Source: Octopus vulgaris (lineage: Eukaryota). Taken from it: 64,000 nt of DNA. Under the pieces are notes generated by a model that was not told where the DNA came from, made no database searches, and was given only the letters and a program-made list of their open reading frames with translations. A program made the position numbers and the translations under genes. This document shows, one piece after another, positions 1 to 11,806 of the stretch; within the stretch, counting starts at the first letter, position 1; each line of letters begins with the position of its first letter. The stretch is from NCBI GenBank assembly GCA_951406725.2, contig OX597826.1, positions 22,072,001 through 22,136,000 on the forward strand, written 5' to 3'.

Positions 1-61
1 GTGTGTACATGTATATATGTATAGATAAACAGACAGATAAATATTATGAGTGTGTGTGATG

Positions 62-476
62 CATATGGAAGAGGAGCTGTGTAAAGAAGTGTCAAACTCT
101 AACTATAGAGGGAACCTGTGGAAGAGGTAGGCCCAGGAAGACATAGGACAAGGTGGTGAAGCATGATCTGCATATGTAGGGCCTCATGGCGATGGTGACG
201 AGTGATTGTGAGGTTTGGTGATTTGTTGTGCTTGAGAAAACTTATTGAGCTAAGTGAAATCATGGCTGTGGTTGGTGCTGGTGACATGGAAAAGCACACA
301 TAAAAGTCACCCACTACACTCCTGGAGTGGCTGGTGTTATGAAGGGCATTCAGCTGTAGAAACCAAGCCAAATTCAGACTGGAATCCAGTGTAGCTCTCT
401 GGCTTACCAGTTCTAGTCAAGTATTGTCTAACTCATGCCAGCAGGGAAAGTAGATATTAAATGAAGATGATGATGA
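62..476 (+). mobile_element. RTE LINE 3' fragment (degenerate)
   Basis: Encodes decayed EESCVKKCQTLTIEGTCGRGRPRKT like the C-terminus of the RTE at 12332; ends in the shared caacccatgccagc-type 3' motif and (GAT)n tail. Confidence 0.8.
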
Positions 477-490
477 CAATATATATATAT

Positions 491-2506
491 ATTGTAAAAA
501 ATAATGTGTTTTGAATGGCACAATAATAACAACAATGGACTATAATAACTGTTAAAATTTAATCATCCATAGTCTGATATGATATTTCGGAATATAAAAA
601 TTCCTTCTTCAGATATCGCTAGGAATTGATCAAGTCACTGCTATAAGCAGTTTTCCAACGTTTTTTTTTATTTATGGAGGCGTCTCTGCAGTGGTCTCAC
701 AAAGCTCCTTCCAGAATGCCTCATGAGAAGTACATGAGCGCAACCATGTCTCAAGCTCTTGTGTGCTGGTACATCCATAGTGCTGCTTCTAAGTTATGTA
801 TTATATGTGCAGTTTCCTTTTTTTCCCTCCTTTCTTTTTTTATAAATAATACATGAGCATGTTTTCAAAAATGAACCTACACGCATCCAGATGTAGCTAA
901 ATAATATACTGACTGCCAACCTCCGGCCTGTTGTTAATTTGGGGCCCTAATCTGTCTATGAGGATAGCTTCCTTAATTCTTAGACTACCCAAATTTCTTT
1001 CATTGGCCTCAATTGTGACTGTTATGCTTTTGTTGGTGTTCTGGCATCTGTCTAGATGTTTTCCTGAGGAGGAGGCTCTCGTGTTCAGATGTTCTTTGAA
1101 GCAGATGTGTAATGGTCTTGTTGTGCTACCCACATAGAACTTGTTGCATTTGTTACATTGTATTCTATACATAACATTTACCCTTTGGCATAAACCTGTA
1201 TCATGGATGGGGCAGTTTGCTAGTGTGCATTGATTGCTGTCTCTTGCTCATTTCTTTGCGAGGTGTCTTCTCAGAGAGGGGCCAGAGTGGGCTAGTTGTA
1301 TGTCTAGCCCTTCTCTTCTTATGGCTCTTCACTAAAATAGGGTATTTTAAGGGAGCATGTGTTGCTAGCTTTTCTGTGTGTTGGTCGTCTTGGGTACTTA
1401 AGCTGATTTACAATGGATATAGGGTACCTGTTGGCTTTCAATATCTCTAGGGAGTGTGCCATGGGGGTCAGCTTGTCCTCTGTCCTGCTGCACTTGCCCT
1501 GGATGCATGCAAGTTCATTTCTGGCGTATCCTATTTTAGCACCAAGTGGAAGTGCTGAATTGTACTGGACAAACATATCTCTACTGGCTGCTTTCCTGTA
1601 GAACTCGGTGTGGATCTCTCCTTCCATTTTTAAGTTTTGTCAATGTTTTATGTTGCACCATGGGTAAGTTTGGTATTATTTTTTTCGATTCCTTCCTTAC
1701 GATGTTGGAGATAGACTGTTTCAATCTGGATAGATTGTGGTTGAGTTCTTGGTTGGCTGGGGATGGGTGAAGTGGGTAATCTAGTTGGTATGTGGGAAAT
1801 TTGCCGAGTATGTTGCTGTTGTTCTTTATCACCGATAGCCATTTGAGTTGGTAGGCTGTTCAACAAAAGTTGGCTTCCAGGTTGAATAAGATTTTCTCAT
1901 TCAGCTGTTAGCTCAAGATAAATTTAGGGCTCAGACTGAGAAGTTCTAGTTCTTTATGGGAGAGTGACCCACTCAAGTCTGTGATTAGGGATTTCATGTT
2001 GAAGGTGTGCTGGTGTCCTCAATGTTAGTGTTATCTTGTTTGGTGGACATGTCCTGTTCATCTGTGTTGGTGCAATAGGCTGAGTTGTGGTGGTATTTGG
2101 TACAAAGCTTCAGGAATTTAAGTTTGAGGCATTTTTTCTCTTGGTCAATGCAGTGGTGGTAGCATCAGTCAAAAAGCTGCGATAGTTCTTCAGTATGTAT
2201 GTTCAATGGTTGATGTGATGCTGCATATTATTTCAGAGAATTTTTGTATGTGCTCATGTAGTTGGTGGTGTAGATGGTGTATGATTTTTCTGATGACGAA
2301 CGTATGTATGTCTTTCAGTGATTGTCGAAGGGTATGTTCCTGATAGTGTTGGGAATTATATTGTTTTTTAGGCACTGTTTAAGAAAGTTTATTTGGCATC
2401 CAATTTTAGCAAGTTTCTCTGATAGCTTAATTAACTCCCTAGCAGTTGCGAACTCAGCCTGGCCCAGACGTAGAGATAGGAGAGTATCGTAGTTTGCTTG
2501 AAGCAT
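491..2506 (-). mobile_element. Penelope-like element, disrupted, with GIY-YIG endonuclease and RT core deleted
   Basis: ORF fragments 2506-2315 (N-term FLKQCLKNNIIP), 1832-1581, 1627-1319 (TEFYRK...YNSALP thumb region), 1172-897 (YRIQCNKCNKFYVGSTTRPL, GIY-YIG); 3' end abuts (TA)n. Confidence 0.88.
576..617 (-). ncRNA. Minimal type I hammerhead ribozyme motif in PLE 3' region
   Basis: Minus strand: gatat-CTGAAGA-aggaa tttttata ttcc-GAAA-ta-TC-atatc; stem I gatat/atatc, stem II ggaa/ttcc, helix III reduced to palindrome ATAT. Confidence 0.65.
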
Positions 2507-2785
2507 TGTGTATTGTATATACTCTCATATATATATGTATAGGTATAAGTTAGAGGTGTTTAAAATCTCTAAGGGATGGTTAAATCCAAAGGCACTCCTG
2601 GTGATTAGCTGCGTAGGTACAGTCCTTGGTAAAAGCTATATGGTAGCAGGTAATTCAACAGGTAAACAGTAGTTTAAATTATATGCAAGAAGAAAATGGA
2701 GGAAAAATAACAGGAAGAAGTTGGTCGTTTGCACTAGTAAGCTATTAATTTAATTAATTAATAAAGAAAAGTGGTAGTAATGGTA

Positions 2786-2837
2786 CTTTTACGATCGTTT
2801 CTGTTTACTAGTTGTAGTGGTAGACATCATCAGAATG
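2786..2837 (-). ncRNA. Hammerhead ribozyme motif (left arm of palindrome)
   Basis: catt-CTGATGA-tgtcta...taaaca-GAAA-cgatcg-TA-aaag; palindromic helix III CGATCG, GUA cleavage triplet; stem I imperfect. Confidence 0.75.
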
Positions 2838-2942
2838 CATAGCCATATGTAGAGATAGGAAGAGTGAAAGACATAGGGATATATTGGTGACGAGAATGTA
2901 TCCCTATGACTTTCGCTCTTCCTACCTCTACATATGGCTGTG

Positions 2943-2994
2943 CATTCTGATGATGTCTACTGCTACAACTAATAAACAGAAACGATTGTAAAAG
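2943..2994 (+). ncRNA. Hammerhead ribozyme motif (right arm of palindrome)
   Basis: catt-CTGATGA-tgtcta...taaaca-GAAA-cgattg-TA-aaag. Confidence 0.72.
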
Positions 2995-3479
2995 TACCAT
3001 TACTACCACTTTTCTTTATTAATGATTGTTGTTAGTTTTTTATTTAGTAAACTTTACCTTTTAAATATCCACAAAAACGTCTAACGGTGTTTGATTCAGT
3101 GAATGCGGAATGTACTCTACTGACTTTCTTTGACCAATCCATCTGTTTATGTAGCAACATTTAAACAACTTTTATGGGGCATTGTATGACTACAAGAAGA
3201 CTTATCAACGCTTTATGTCAATGTCTAAATTTATAAAACCATCTAACCCTTATTATTATTCGTCAATTCAATATTCCAAGATGCAAATGGAATTATAAAG
3301 GAGAAGAAAACTTTAAACAGAATATTTCCAAGTAACTTTATAATAGAGATATCACTGAATCTAGCAGGCTAGACAGCAGTTGTAGGGTTTAGGGTTTTCA
3401 ACTGGTTGCATTAAGGAATTGGTAATGTAAAGGAGAAATAAGAAATTTAGAAATAAAATTGTTCACGTGATTTACTTAC

Positions 3480-3578
3480 CTGAGCATTGCGACGGCCAGA
3501 TGTAAGAGATTTATTAAAATCACGGATAAAATCACACATATTCAAGTGGATTTTCACAATTCCTCGATAATAAATAGC
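3480..3578 (-). CDS. TTC6: TTC6-like exon, last seen in window (gene continues downstream)
   Basis: ttcAG/GTAAG; AIYYRGIVKIHLNMCDFIRDFNKSLTSGRRNAQ. Confidence 0.88.
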
Positions 3579-4470
3579 CTGAAATGAAATGCCATATTTT
3601 TTATCAAATAAATGTCATTAAAAACCTTTTAATATCAACATGTCTTAGCAAATATAATAATAGTAATGAAATTATTGTATACAGTGCTCAGGTGCACCAC
3701 AACTTGTCAGAAAGTGCGTATAAAGTATATGCAGTAATGCATAAATGTCTGGAAAGCGAACAATGTATGAGTCAGATACATGCTTGTGTGTGTATGGAGT
3801 GGAGAAAATCAGGTGTAGTGTAGGCGAATCTCTGAAGTATTTAATTAGAATGTTTAAATAAGATATAATAACATTAATAATCTTATAATATTTCAGTTGA
3901 TCAACACCAACACTAATATAGATGAAGAATTGAGAGAACCTCTATGTAGCTGCTTGGTCTGTGAGAAATAGCAGTCAAGATATCCTCAAATCACACTTTA
4001 CTGTCATTTAAAAAGCACACACAGCTACTGTAGTCCAATATATACTGTTTCAGTATAAAATAGGAGAGGTCAAAGTTGAACTACCTGACTACATATCCAC
4101 TCAATCTGGGATGCCAAAGGCTAAACAACAATGACTAATCTATAAAAAGTTACAGATATTATTTTTAAACTTCACCAAAATCTTGAGTAATTCCAAACTG
4201 AAACACACAGGCAGCATTGATATACTGATTGATAGAGTCAATAGAAGGTGAAATGTTATCCCTTCTGAAGTGTAATATCCATTCTAATAAATTCAGTTTG
4301 ATCCTTCGCAAACCAAATTTCAACAGAAAAACAACAGCAATATTAATTATAGAAATTCCAACATTCTATTAACTACATGGAAAACAGATTATCAATTCTA
4401 CACATGTACAGTACTCCCTGATACATGTTTTTAAAGACCCTTTATTACAAGTAGGTAATGGAATACAGTG

Positions 4471-4856
4471 GAGGCGCAATGGCCCAGTGGTTAGGGCAGC
4501 GGACTCGCGGTCGTAGGATCGCGGTTTCGATTCCTAGACCGGGCGTTGTGAGTGTTTATTGAGCGAAAACACCTAAAGCTCCACGAGGCTCCGGCAGGGA
4601 TGGTGGTGATCCCTGCTGTACTATTTCACCACAACTTTCTCTCACTCTTACTTCCTGTTTCTGTTGTACCTGTATTTCAAAGGGCTGGCCTTGTCACTCT
4701 CTGTGTCACGCTGAATATCCCTGAGAACTACGTTAAGGGTACACGTGTCTGAGGAGTGCTTAGCCACTTGCACGTTAATTTCACGAGCAGGCTGTTCCGT
4801 TGATCGGATCAACCGGAACCCTCGTCGTCGTAACCGAAGGAGTGCTTCCATCCATC
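4471..4856 (+). mobile_element. Full-length tRNA-derived SINE with 14-bp TSD
   Basis: A box TGGCCCAGTGG, B box GGTTTCGATTCC, CpG-rich, short (CCAT) tail; aatggaatacagtg repeated at 4457-4470 and 4857-4870. Confidence 0.92.
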
Positions 4857-6670
4857 AATGGAATACAGTGCCATCTATGTGTTTCAATTAATTTTGCATA
4901 TAATCAAGAGAGAGGATTAAGTAAAATAAATTATAAATCTGGTGTTTGATACTTTTTTGTATAAAGGTTCTTCCTTAAAATTATGAAAAGGATGCATCTA
5001 ATTTAAACACAGTGCCTTTAAAAGAAGAATTTTTATGTAAAAAATAAGAATGTCAGGTAGGTTTGGTGTCAAAAAGTTAAAGGAATGACAAGAAGATCTT
5101 TGTACAGAAACAGATTTCACACTTTATGTACATTGTTCACTTCTTATGCATTATCCTATCTACTGTTCATGCACACTTTGCTACTTTTCCTGATAAGTTG
5201 TGGTGCCCCTGAGCACTGTATATAATAAGTTCATTATATATAGTGATGGCACCAGTAGAAGAGGGAGACCCAGGAAAATTTGGGAAATGGTGAGGACTAA
5301 TCTCAGGATGCTGGGCTTCACAGAGGAGATGACAATGGACCAAGATGTTTGGCAATATGGAGTCCTTGAGAAGACTCGCTGAAACTGAGTTCTAGAAGCG
5401 CTGTGGGTTCCAACTACATGTAACAACAATTAAACTTTTCCCACACTCTATCCCAACAAACCAAACTACATCTCTTCTCTTCCTCACATTTCCTCTTCTC
5501 ATGCGCTACGCTTATACATATCTCTTGCTCCCCAATCCCGTCCTCACTACCCTGCTCACTGTATCACTATTATCCTGTTGTACCTCACCCCCTCTATATA
5601 CCCAGGTTTCACCATTCACTGCATTTTCCACCCCAACACTCTTTGCATTCATGTGAAATCTATACTTCCTTCTCATGCACCTTTGGCAATACCCTACCAT
5701 TTAAATTCTGACCCTCATATTCAGAGGATATACCCTGGTGCTATGCCACTATCTATCTCTCATTTGGTCTACTCTACCATTCCATTTATATCCTGATCCC
5801 TGTTCCATATGAGTATGCCTTGGTACTTCACTACCACCTCTCTCCTGCTCTTTCCCACTGACTGGGTAACTACGTATCTCCTCTACAGCAACACACCAGC
5901 TTCTGTCCTCATTCTTGAATCATTCTCTCTCTGACTGTATCTCCTCTACAACACGACACTTGTTTCTGTCTCCCTGTCACACTCTAACCTTTCATCACCT
6001 GGCACAAAGTCACCTCCTCCAATGCTCCTCTCAAGATTTTAGTTAGATAGCCAGAAAGTGATGAAAGTCATCAATATCTTGCCAAGCTTGCAGTAACTGA
6101 GTTTCTTGATATTTGATGTGTGTGATATAAGGGGCTCACTCATTGGTGTTTGTCAGTACTAGACAATGGTCTGTCCAACAGTAATTTCCCCACATTGCAT
6201 GGATGAGCAAACATCTTTGACCATAATGTAGGCAATAAGATGTCTGTAATGATATGAAGAATTGTGACATTGCAAAGAGAAAGAAGTCTGGTACCGTTAT
6301 GATTACTTTACCTTTAGATTCACCCAGACACATGCTCATAATATAGGTCCCATGACTAATCAATGAAAGAGCCTTCTTGAACTACTAGAAATTACAGACT
6401 AATCTCCCTCAGGTTATACTCTACCATCTTAAGAAAAAGGCACATTGGATAATGTAGTCAATGATACACAATGCATAAAAGTCAAAATGGTCATTGGTTG
6501 ACTGTTTTAGATTACAGGTCTGCTGGATCAGTACCGACCAGGGGTTAAACAACAATGACAAAAAAGAAAATAAATCCTCATCTACATCAACAACAGTGAC
6601 AGCAACAACGATGGGTCATAGTTCTGGGAAAAGAACTAAACATGAAAGATATTTCTTAATAAACATTTAC

Positions 6671-6811
6671 ATCTTTATGATTTCGGTTTATCTTGATAGC
6701 TTGAGTAAAAGCACTGTATGCCTCCTCATATTCCTCTAGTTTCATATGGACTCGTCCAATATTATAAAACACATCATCAGCTTCTTCTGGCCAGGTTTTC
6801 TTTTCTGGTCT
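6671..6811 (-). CDS. TTC6: TTC6-like exon (TPR)
   Basis: acAG/GTAAA; RPEKKTWPEEADDVFYNIGRVHMKLEEYEEAYSAFTQAIKINRNHKD. Confidence 0.9.
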
Positions 6812-7559
6812 CTGTAAAAGAAATCCTTTTTAATTAATTGTAATTTATATTATTTCTAGTACCAACAAGTAGAAACAACATTACAACCCTAACCCTACTG
6901 AGTGGATCCTGCAATGCAGAGGACACCATATATGAAGTAAATGTTAAATAGACAGCTCTTTCTTCAGGAAGATTGATAGGGTAAAGTTAACAATGGCTCT
7001 TGAATTACATCTGGTTTTCAAAAGAAACATCGGCAAACTATAATAGCAGCAGAAGAATTATTGAAAGCTGTTAGATCTTATGTAACTGGCAGTGAAAGGT
7101 GTAGCCTCTGCACCACTGAAAAAAAGACTCGGGTTTTAGCAAGATTTTGAAGATCAGAGATAAATGCCAAATCAGAAGTATTCAGTAAATGGAAACTCAT
7201 AGATGAGTTTCTACAAATGAACTAGCCACAGACGAGGTTTTGTATTCATATAAATCTGGATAGAGATGACAAAGATGCAGGACTATCAAATATTGTGTGT
7301 GTGTTTCATTGATGTATATATATATCAACAAAAGCACTAAACATCATTGACAAACTGAAAAATCAGTGACACTCCCTTGGAATTATTATCATCATCATCA
7401 TTTAATGTCCATGTTTCATGCTGGCGTGGGTTGCCTGTTGGAGGCTTGTAACCATGGCAATATTATTGTATGCCTATTCTATGAAATAAGATGTTTAGAA
7501 AACATTTCTCTAGGAGAAAATAATTGCTGTACTGAAAAATATTTGTGTATTTGACTTAC

Positions 7560-7697
7560 CATAATATCTTTCATTAAGAAATAGGTTTGAAGAGCTTCAC
7601 GGTAACGGAAGTCTGCTATTTGAACTTTGGCTAACATTTTGAGCAGTGGAATTGAACATGGGTCTTTGGTAATGTTGTACTTTAGAATATCAAGTGC
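7560..7697 (-). CDS. TTC6: TTC6-like exon
   Basis: ttcAG/GTAAG; ALDILKYNITKDPCSIPLLKMLAKVQIADFRYREALQTYFLMKDIM. Confidence 0.87.
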
Positions 7698-7769
7698 CTG
7701 AAATAAGGTGTGTTTGTGTATATATATATATATATATATATATACGTATATATATATATATATATATGT

Positions 7770-10700
7770 ATAATAAAATAAAATATTATTAGAGACAAAA
7801 CCACTATTTTGCAAAACAAACAAGGAAAGACTTAATCAATACATAAAATTTTAATAAATAGTCAAAAAAACCGCCACTACAATCGTTTCTTGTCTTGATC
7901 GACAATCTTCAGGTGGACTTCCAATCTAAAATATCAATATTTTAAAATATAAAAATAATAATTTTAAAATAATTAAAGTATGAATGAAAAAATATAAATA
8001 TATAATCCATATATAACCTATATATAATCCATATATAATCAATATATAAACAATATATAAACTAAAATAAACCTATCAACAATTAAATATAAAATATAAA
8101 ATATAAAATATAAAACAAAACAAAAAAATAATAATAATATAATAATAAACTATATATACACCCATACACATATACCTAATTATATATAACCATATCTAAC
8201 TACATACACTAAATCACACACCTATATATATATCCCTATACATACACATAAAAACGTCTAGGCAACTATAAATAAATAAAATAGCTAAATACTTCAACAC
8301 AATACTTATTCATACTCCGACACACACACACATACAACCCACATTCACGCTCTAGAAAACGGACATCACTCAAAATTATGAACGGAGAAATGGAATAAAT
8401 GGAATTAAAAATTATATTCACTTGGTAAAACGAACACTACTTAAAAATTATGAATGAAACAATGCAATAAAACAACAGACATCGCAAATAGACACAAATT
8501 ACTACGAATTCCTTAACAAACCTACCATGATAAACCAAAACTCATAAAAACATATAATGATAAAATCTCCCTTTACTAAACTCTATAACATACCTATATA
8601 GCAATCCCCCTAACCTAAACATTCACACACAAATACACACACGTAAACCACACACCCACGACATATACAAATACCCACACCACTTACACATACCAATACA
8701 TACATATAAACCTCAACATATACTCCAAAAACCCACTCAACCCCACACAGACAAATAAACACAAAAATTATGAATGGATTCTTTTATAAAACTACCATGA
8801 TAAGCTAAAACTCACAAAACAGAAATGATAAAACCTCCCTTTACTAAACACTATAACATACTTATATAGCAATCCCTTTAACCTATACATTCACACACAA
8901 ATACACACACGTAAACCACACACCCATAACAAATACAAGCACCCACCCCACTCACACACACCCACAAGTACATATAAGCCTCAACATATACACCAAACAA
9001 AATTACTTTACCAAGGAACTTAACATATGTATAAAAAGTATAACCGCTCTGGAAACGAACATCCCTAAATTAATGAATGGAGAAATGGAATAAATGGAAT
9101 TAAAAATAATATTCACGTGGCAAAACGAACACCACTCAAAAACTATGAATGAAACAATGTAATAAAACAACCAACATCGAAAATAGACAAATTACCACGA
9201 ATTGCCTAAAAAAACCATGATAAACCAAAACTCCTAAAAACATATAACGATAAAATCTCCCTTTGCTAAACTCTATAACAAACCTATATAGCAATCCCCC
9301 TAACCTAAACATTCACACACAAATACACACACGTAAACCACAGACCCACGACTTATACACATACCTATACTAACTTATAAACCTCAATATACACCAAAAC
9401 CCACTCCCTCTCCACACAGACAAATTAACACATACATCCCAAAACCTAAATAACAAACCCATATACACATTCACACACAAACACACACACACGCAAAACA
9501 CACACACACAACAGATACATATACTCCCTCACATATACGCATATACATACTCACTAAACTCGATATATACAACAATATTTACACACCCACACTCATACAT
9601 ATAAATAAATTATACAACTAAAAACTCACCCACAATCTCATATACATAAACACTCCTATGAAAACAACATTAAATACATCGTAATTAACCAGAATATCAA
9701 AAATAACAATATGACATAAGGATAAATAAAATACATACTTACAAGTCAGTTACAAATTATGAAGTGAAATTAAATTCTTAGCCGTTAAAAAAATCAAACC
9801 AAAATTACGTTACCATAGAAATAACTTATGTAAAAAAAAAAAAAAAAAAAAAAAAGAATACGCGCCATGGAAAGTAAACGTCATTTAAAATTATGAATGG
9901 AGAAATAGAATAAATGGAACTAAAAACTATATCCACGTAGCAAACCAACACTACTTAAAAAAATTTATTATGAATGGATTCTTTAAAAAACTACCATGAA
10001 AACTCATTATATACATTTATGAGCTTTAGCTCACCTTAGCAGCTCTAACAAACAACTTGCAGTAACCCAAACCTATTCTCGATGCCTACCTCACTACTAC
10101 ACTATTCCATTCACAATTCCAAGCAACGCTAGTCCACCACCCGGTTACAATTCCCAACTCCACCCATACATTCACAATTTCAACGACGTTCGCCTCCACA
10201 GCGCTACATATAAGCCTCAACAAATACACCGGAGATTCACTTTCACATCCGTGCGGATGGGTGAGAGTATACATTGAGTGTAGTGATGGGGCTCCCATTA
10301 CTATACACATTTGTACCTGTGTGGTAGTCTCCATATGTATATTCACGCACGGGTATATATGCAGGGGGTACACGCGCACGTCATTTGCGTGTACCCCCTC
10401 ACATGTACATATGCATGCTATTTGGGCTCGATATATGCAACAATGTAATCGCGCCCGCATACATGCATATGGGCGAGTTGCACAATCAAAAACGCACACG
10501 TGTGTGTGTGCGTTCCCTAGTTGTGCAATTCACCCATCTGGGTGTGAGTGGGTGTAAGCGTATCGCTGTGGAAGTCGAGCTTGATACGTATGTATATGAG
10601 TGTGTATTGGGGGGTTGTACGTATTTATTGTGTGCATGTGCTTCACGCACGTGCGTCCATGTATGGATGAATATATTGGGATTGCTATGTGGGTGTAAAT

Positions 10701-11663
10701 TGGGTATGGAGGGGGAGTTTTGTCATTGTATGGGTGTGGGTTTCATTTGTGATGGTGGTTAGTTGGTGATTTTTGGTATGTTCTGTATATTTGGGTTAGT
10801 TATGTATTATTCTAGTGTGTATAATTGTATACATATGATTGGTGTGAGTGGGATTAACCCATTTTTGGGGATGTATGTGTTTATTTATCCATATGGGGCG
10901 GGAGTGGCCGTTAGGTGTATATGTTGAGGCTCACATGCAATTCCAGGTACAGCGAATGAAGTGGGCACTTATATTTGTTATGGGTGTGTGTACTTTATTA
11001 TAACAGACAATACCCAAATAAAATCTGTCAATTCAATATACCAAATAAAAAACAAAAAACAAAGGGATCATAAACATTCACACATACATACAAAACTCAA
11101 TAAAAACACCACTAAATAACACCCATCAACATATAAATATATCCTCCAAAATACATATAACAAATGCATAATAAAAATACATAATAATAAAATAAAATAA
11201 AAATAAAAAAATAAAAAAATAAAAAAATATATAAATAAAGAAAATAAAAAAATCTAATATAAATTATTAAAGTTTTAACATACCATAAACTGTTAAATTA
11301 ATATACATTAAAAATGAACTAATTAAAACAAAGAAATATCAATAAAGACTAACTATAATTAAAGCCTAGACAACATAACCAAAAATATATTATCTAAACT
11401 AATTTAAACTAAACTAAAGTAACCTAAAAGGGAACTATTATTACTATTTATCATGAAACTTATTATATAGGTAAAGTAACTTATGTCTGCATTTTATTTT
11501 GCGCTCTTCACCAGTATTAAGTAAATTATCATACTTATAAAATAAAATTTCTTTAAACTCATTAGAGCATAAATAACAACAATTAGCTCCTATAGTATAT
11601 GATTTAGTTTTACAAATTATTTCCCAAATTAAACTATAATTAATATTTAGTGATTTAAGACTC

Positions 11664-11668
<5 letters not shown>
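7770..11668 (-). mobile_element. PLE-derived non-autonomous element: endonuclease C-terminal stub, long low-complexity repeated region and hammerhead, inserted in (TA)n
   Basis: 11668-11444 encodes WSLKSLNINYSLIWEII...CYLCSNE..ILF...LLN...KCRH, resembling PLE GIY-YIG C-termini; hammerhead near the distal end; both ends in TA tracts. Confidence 0.7.
7874..7916 (-). ncRNA. Type I hammerhead ribozyme motif, intact core
   Basis: ccac-CTGAAGA-ttgtc gatcaa gacaa-GAAA-cgattg-TA-gtgg; perfect stems I (ccac/gtgg) and II (ttgtc/gacaa). Confidence 0.88.
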
Positions 11669-11709
<41 letters not shown>

Positions 11710-11806
11710 TAAAAACGGTAAGATAACAAAAGAAAGAAATATATATATACACATCATACAAACAAAATTTCAACTATCTCTCTCTCTCTCTCACTATATA
11801 TATATA

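Larger units (their letters stand above)
2757..3023. repeat. Long palindrome: 129-bp arms, 9-nt loop (probable inverted pLTR of a PLE)
   Basis: 2757-2885 is the reverse complement of 2895-3023 with a few mismatches; loop ggtgacgag. Confidence 0.93.

Noticed and set aside
4471-4545. tRNA gene
   Set aside because: tRNA-like head continues into a 310-bp body and is bounded by a TSD, so it is a SINE
3663-5238. Inverted pair 3663-3716 / 5185-5238 as element termini
   Set aside because: Both look like independent short LINE 3' tails in opposite orientation
10086-10762. Overlapping Cys/His-rich ORFs
   Set aside because: Products of TG/CA-rich low-complexity sequence; no domain or splice support
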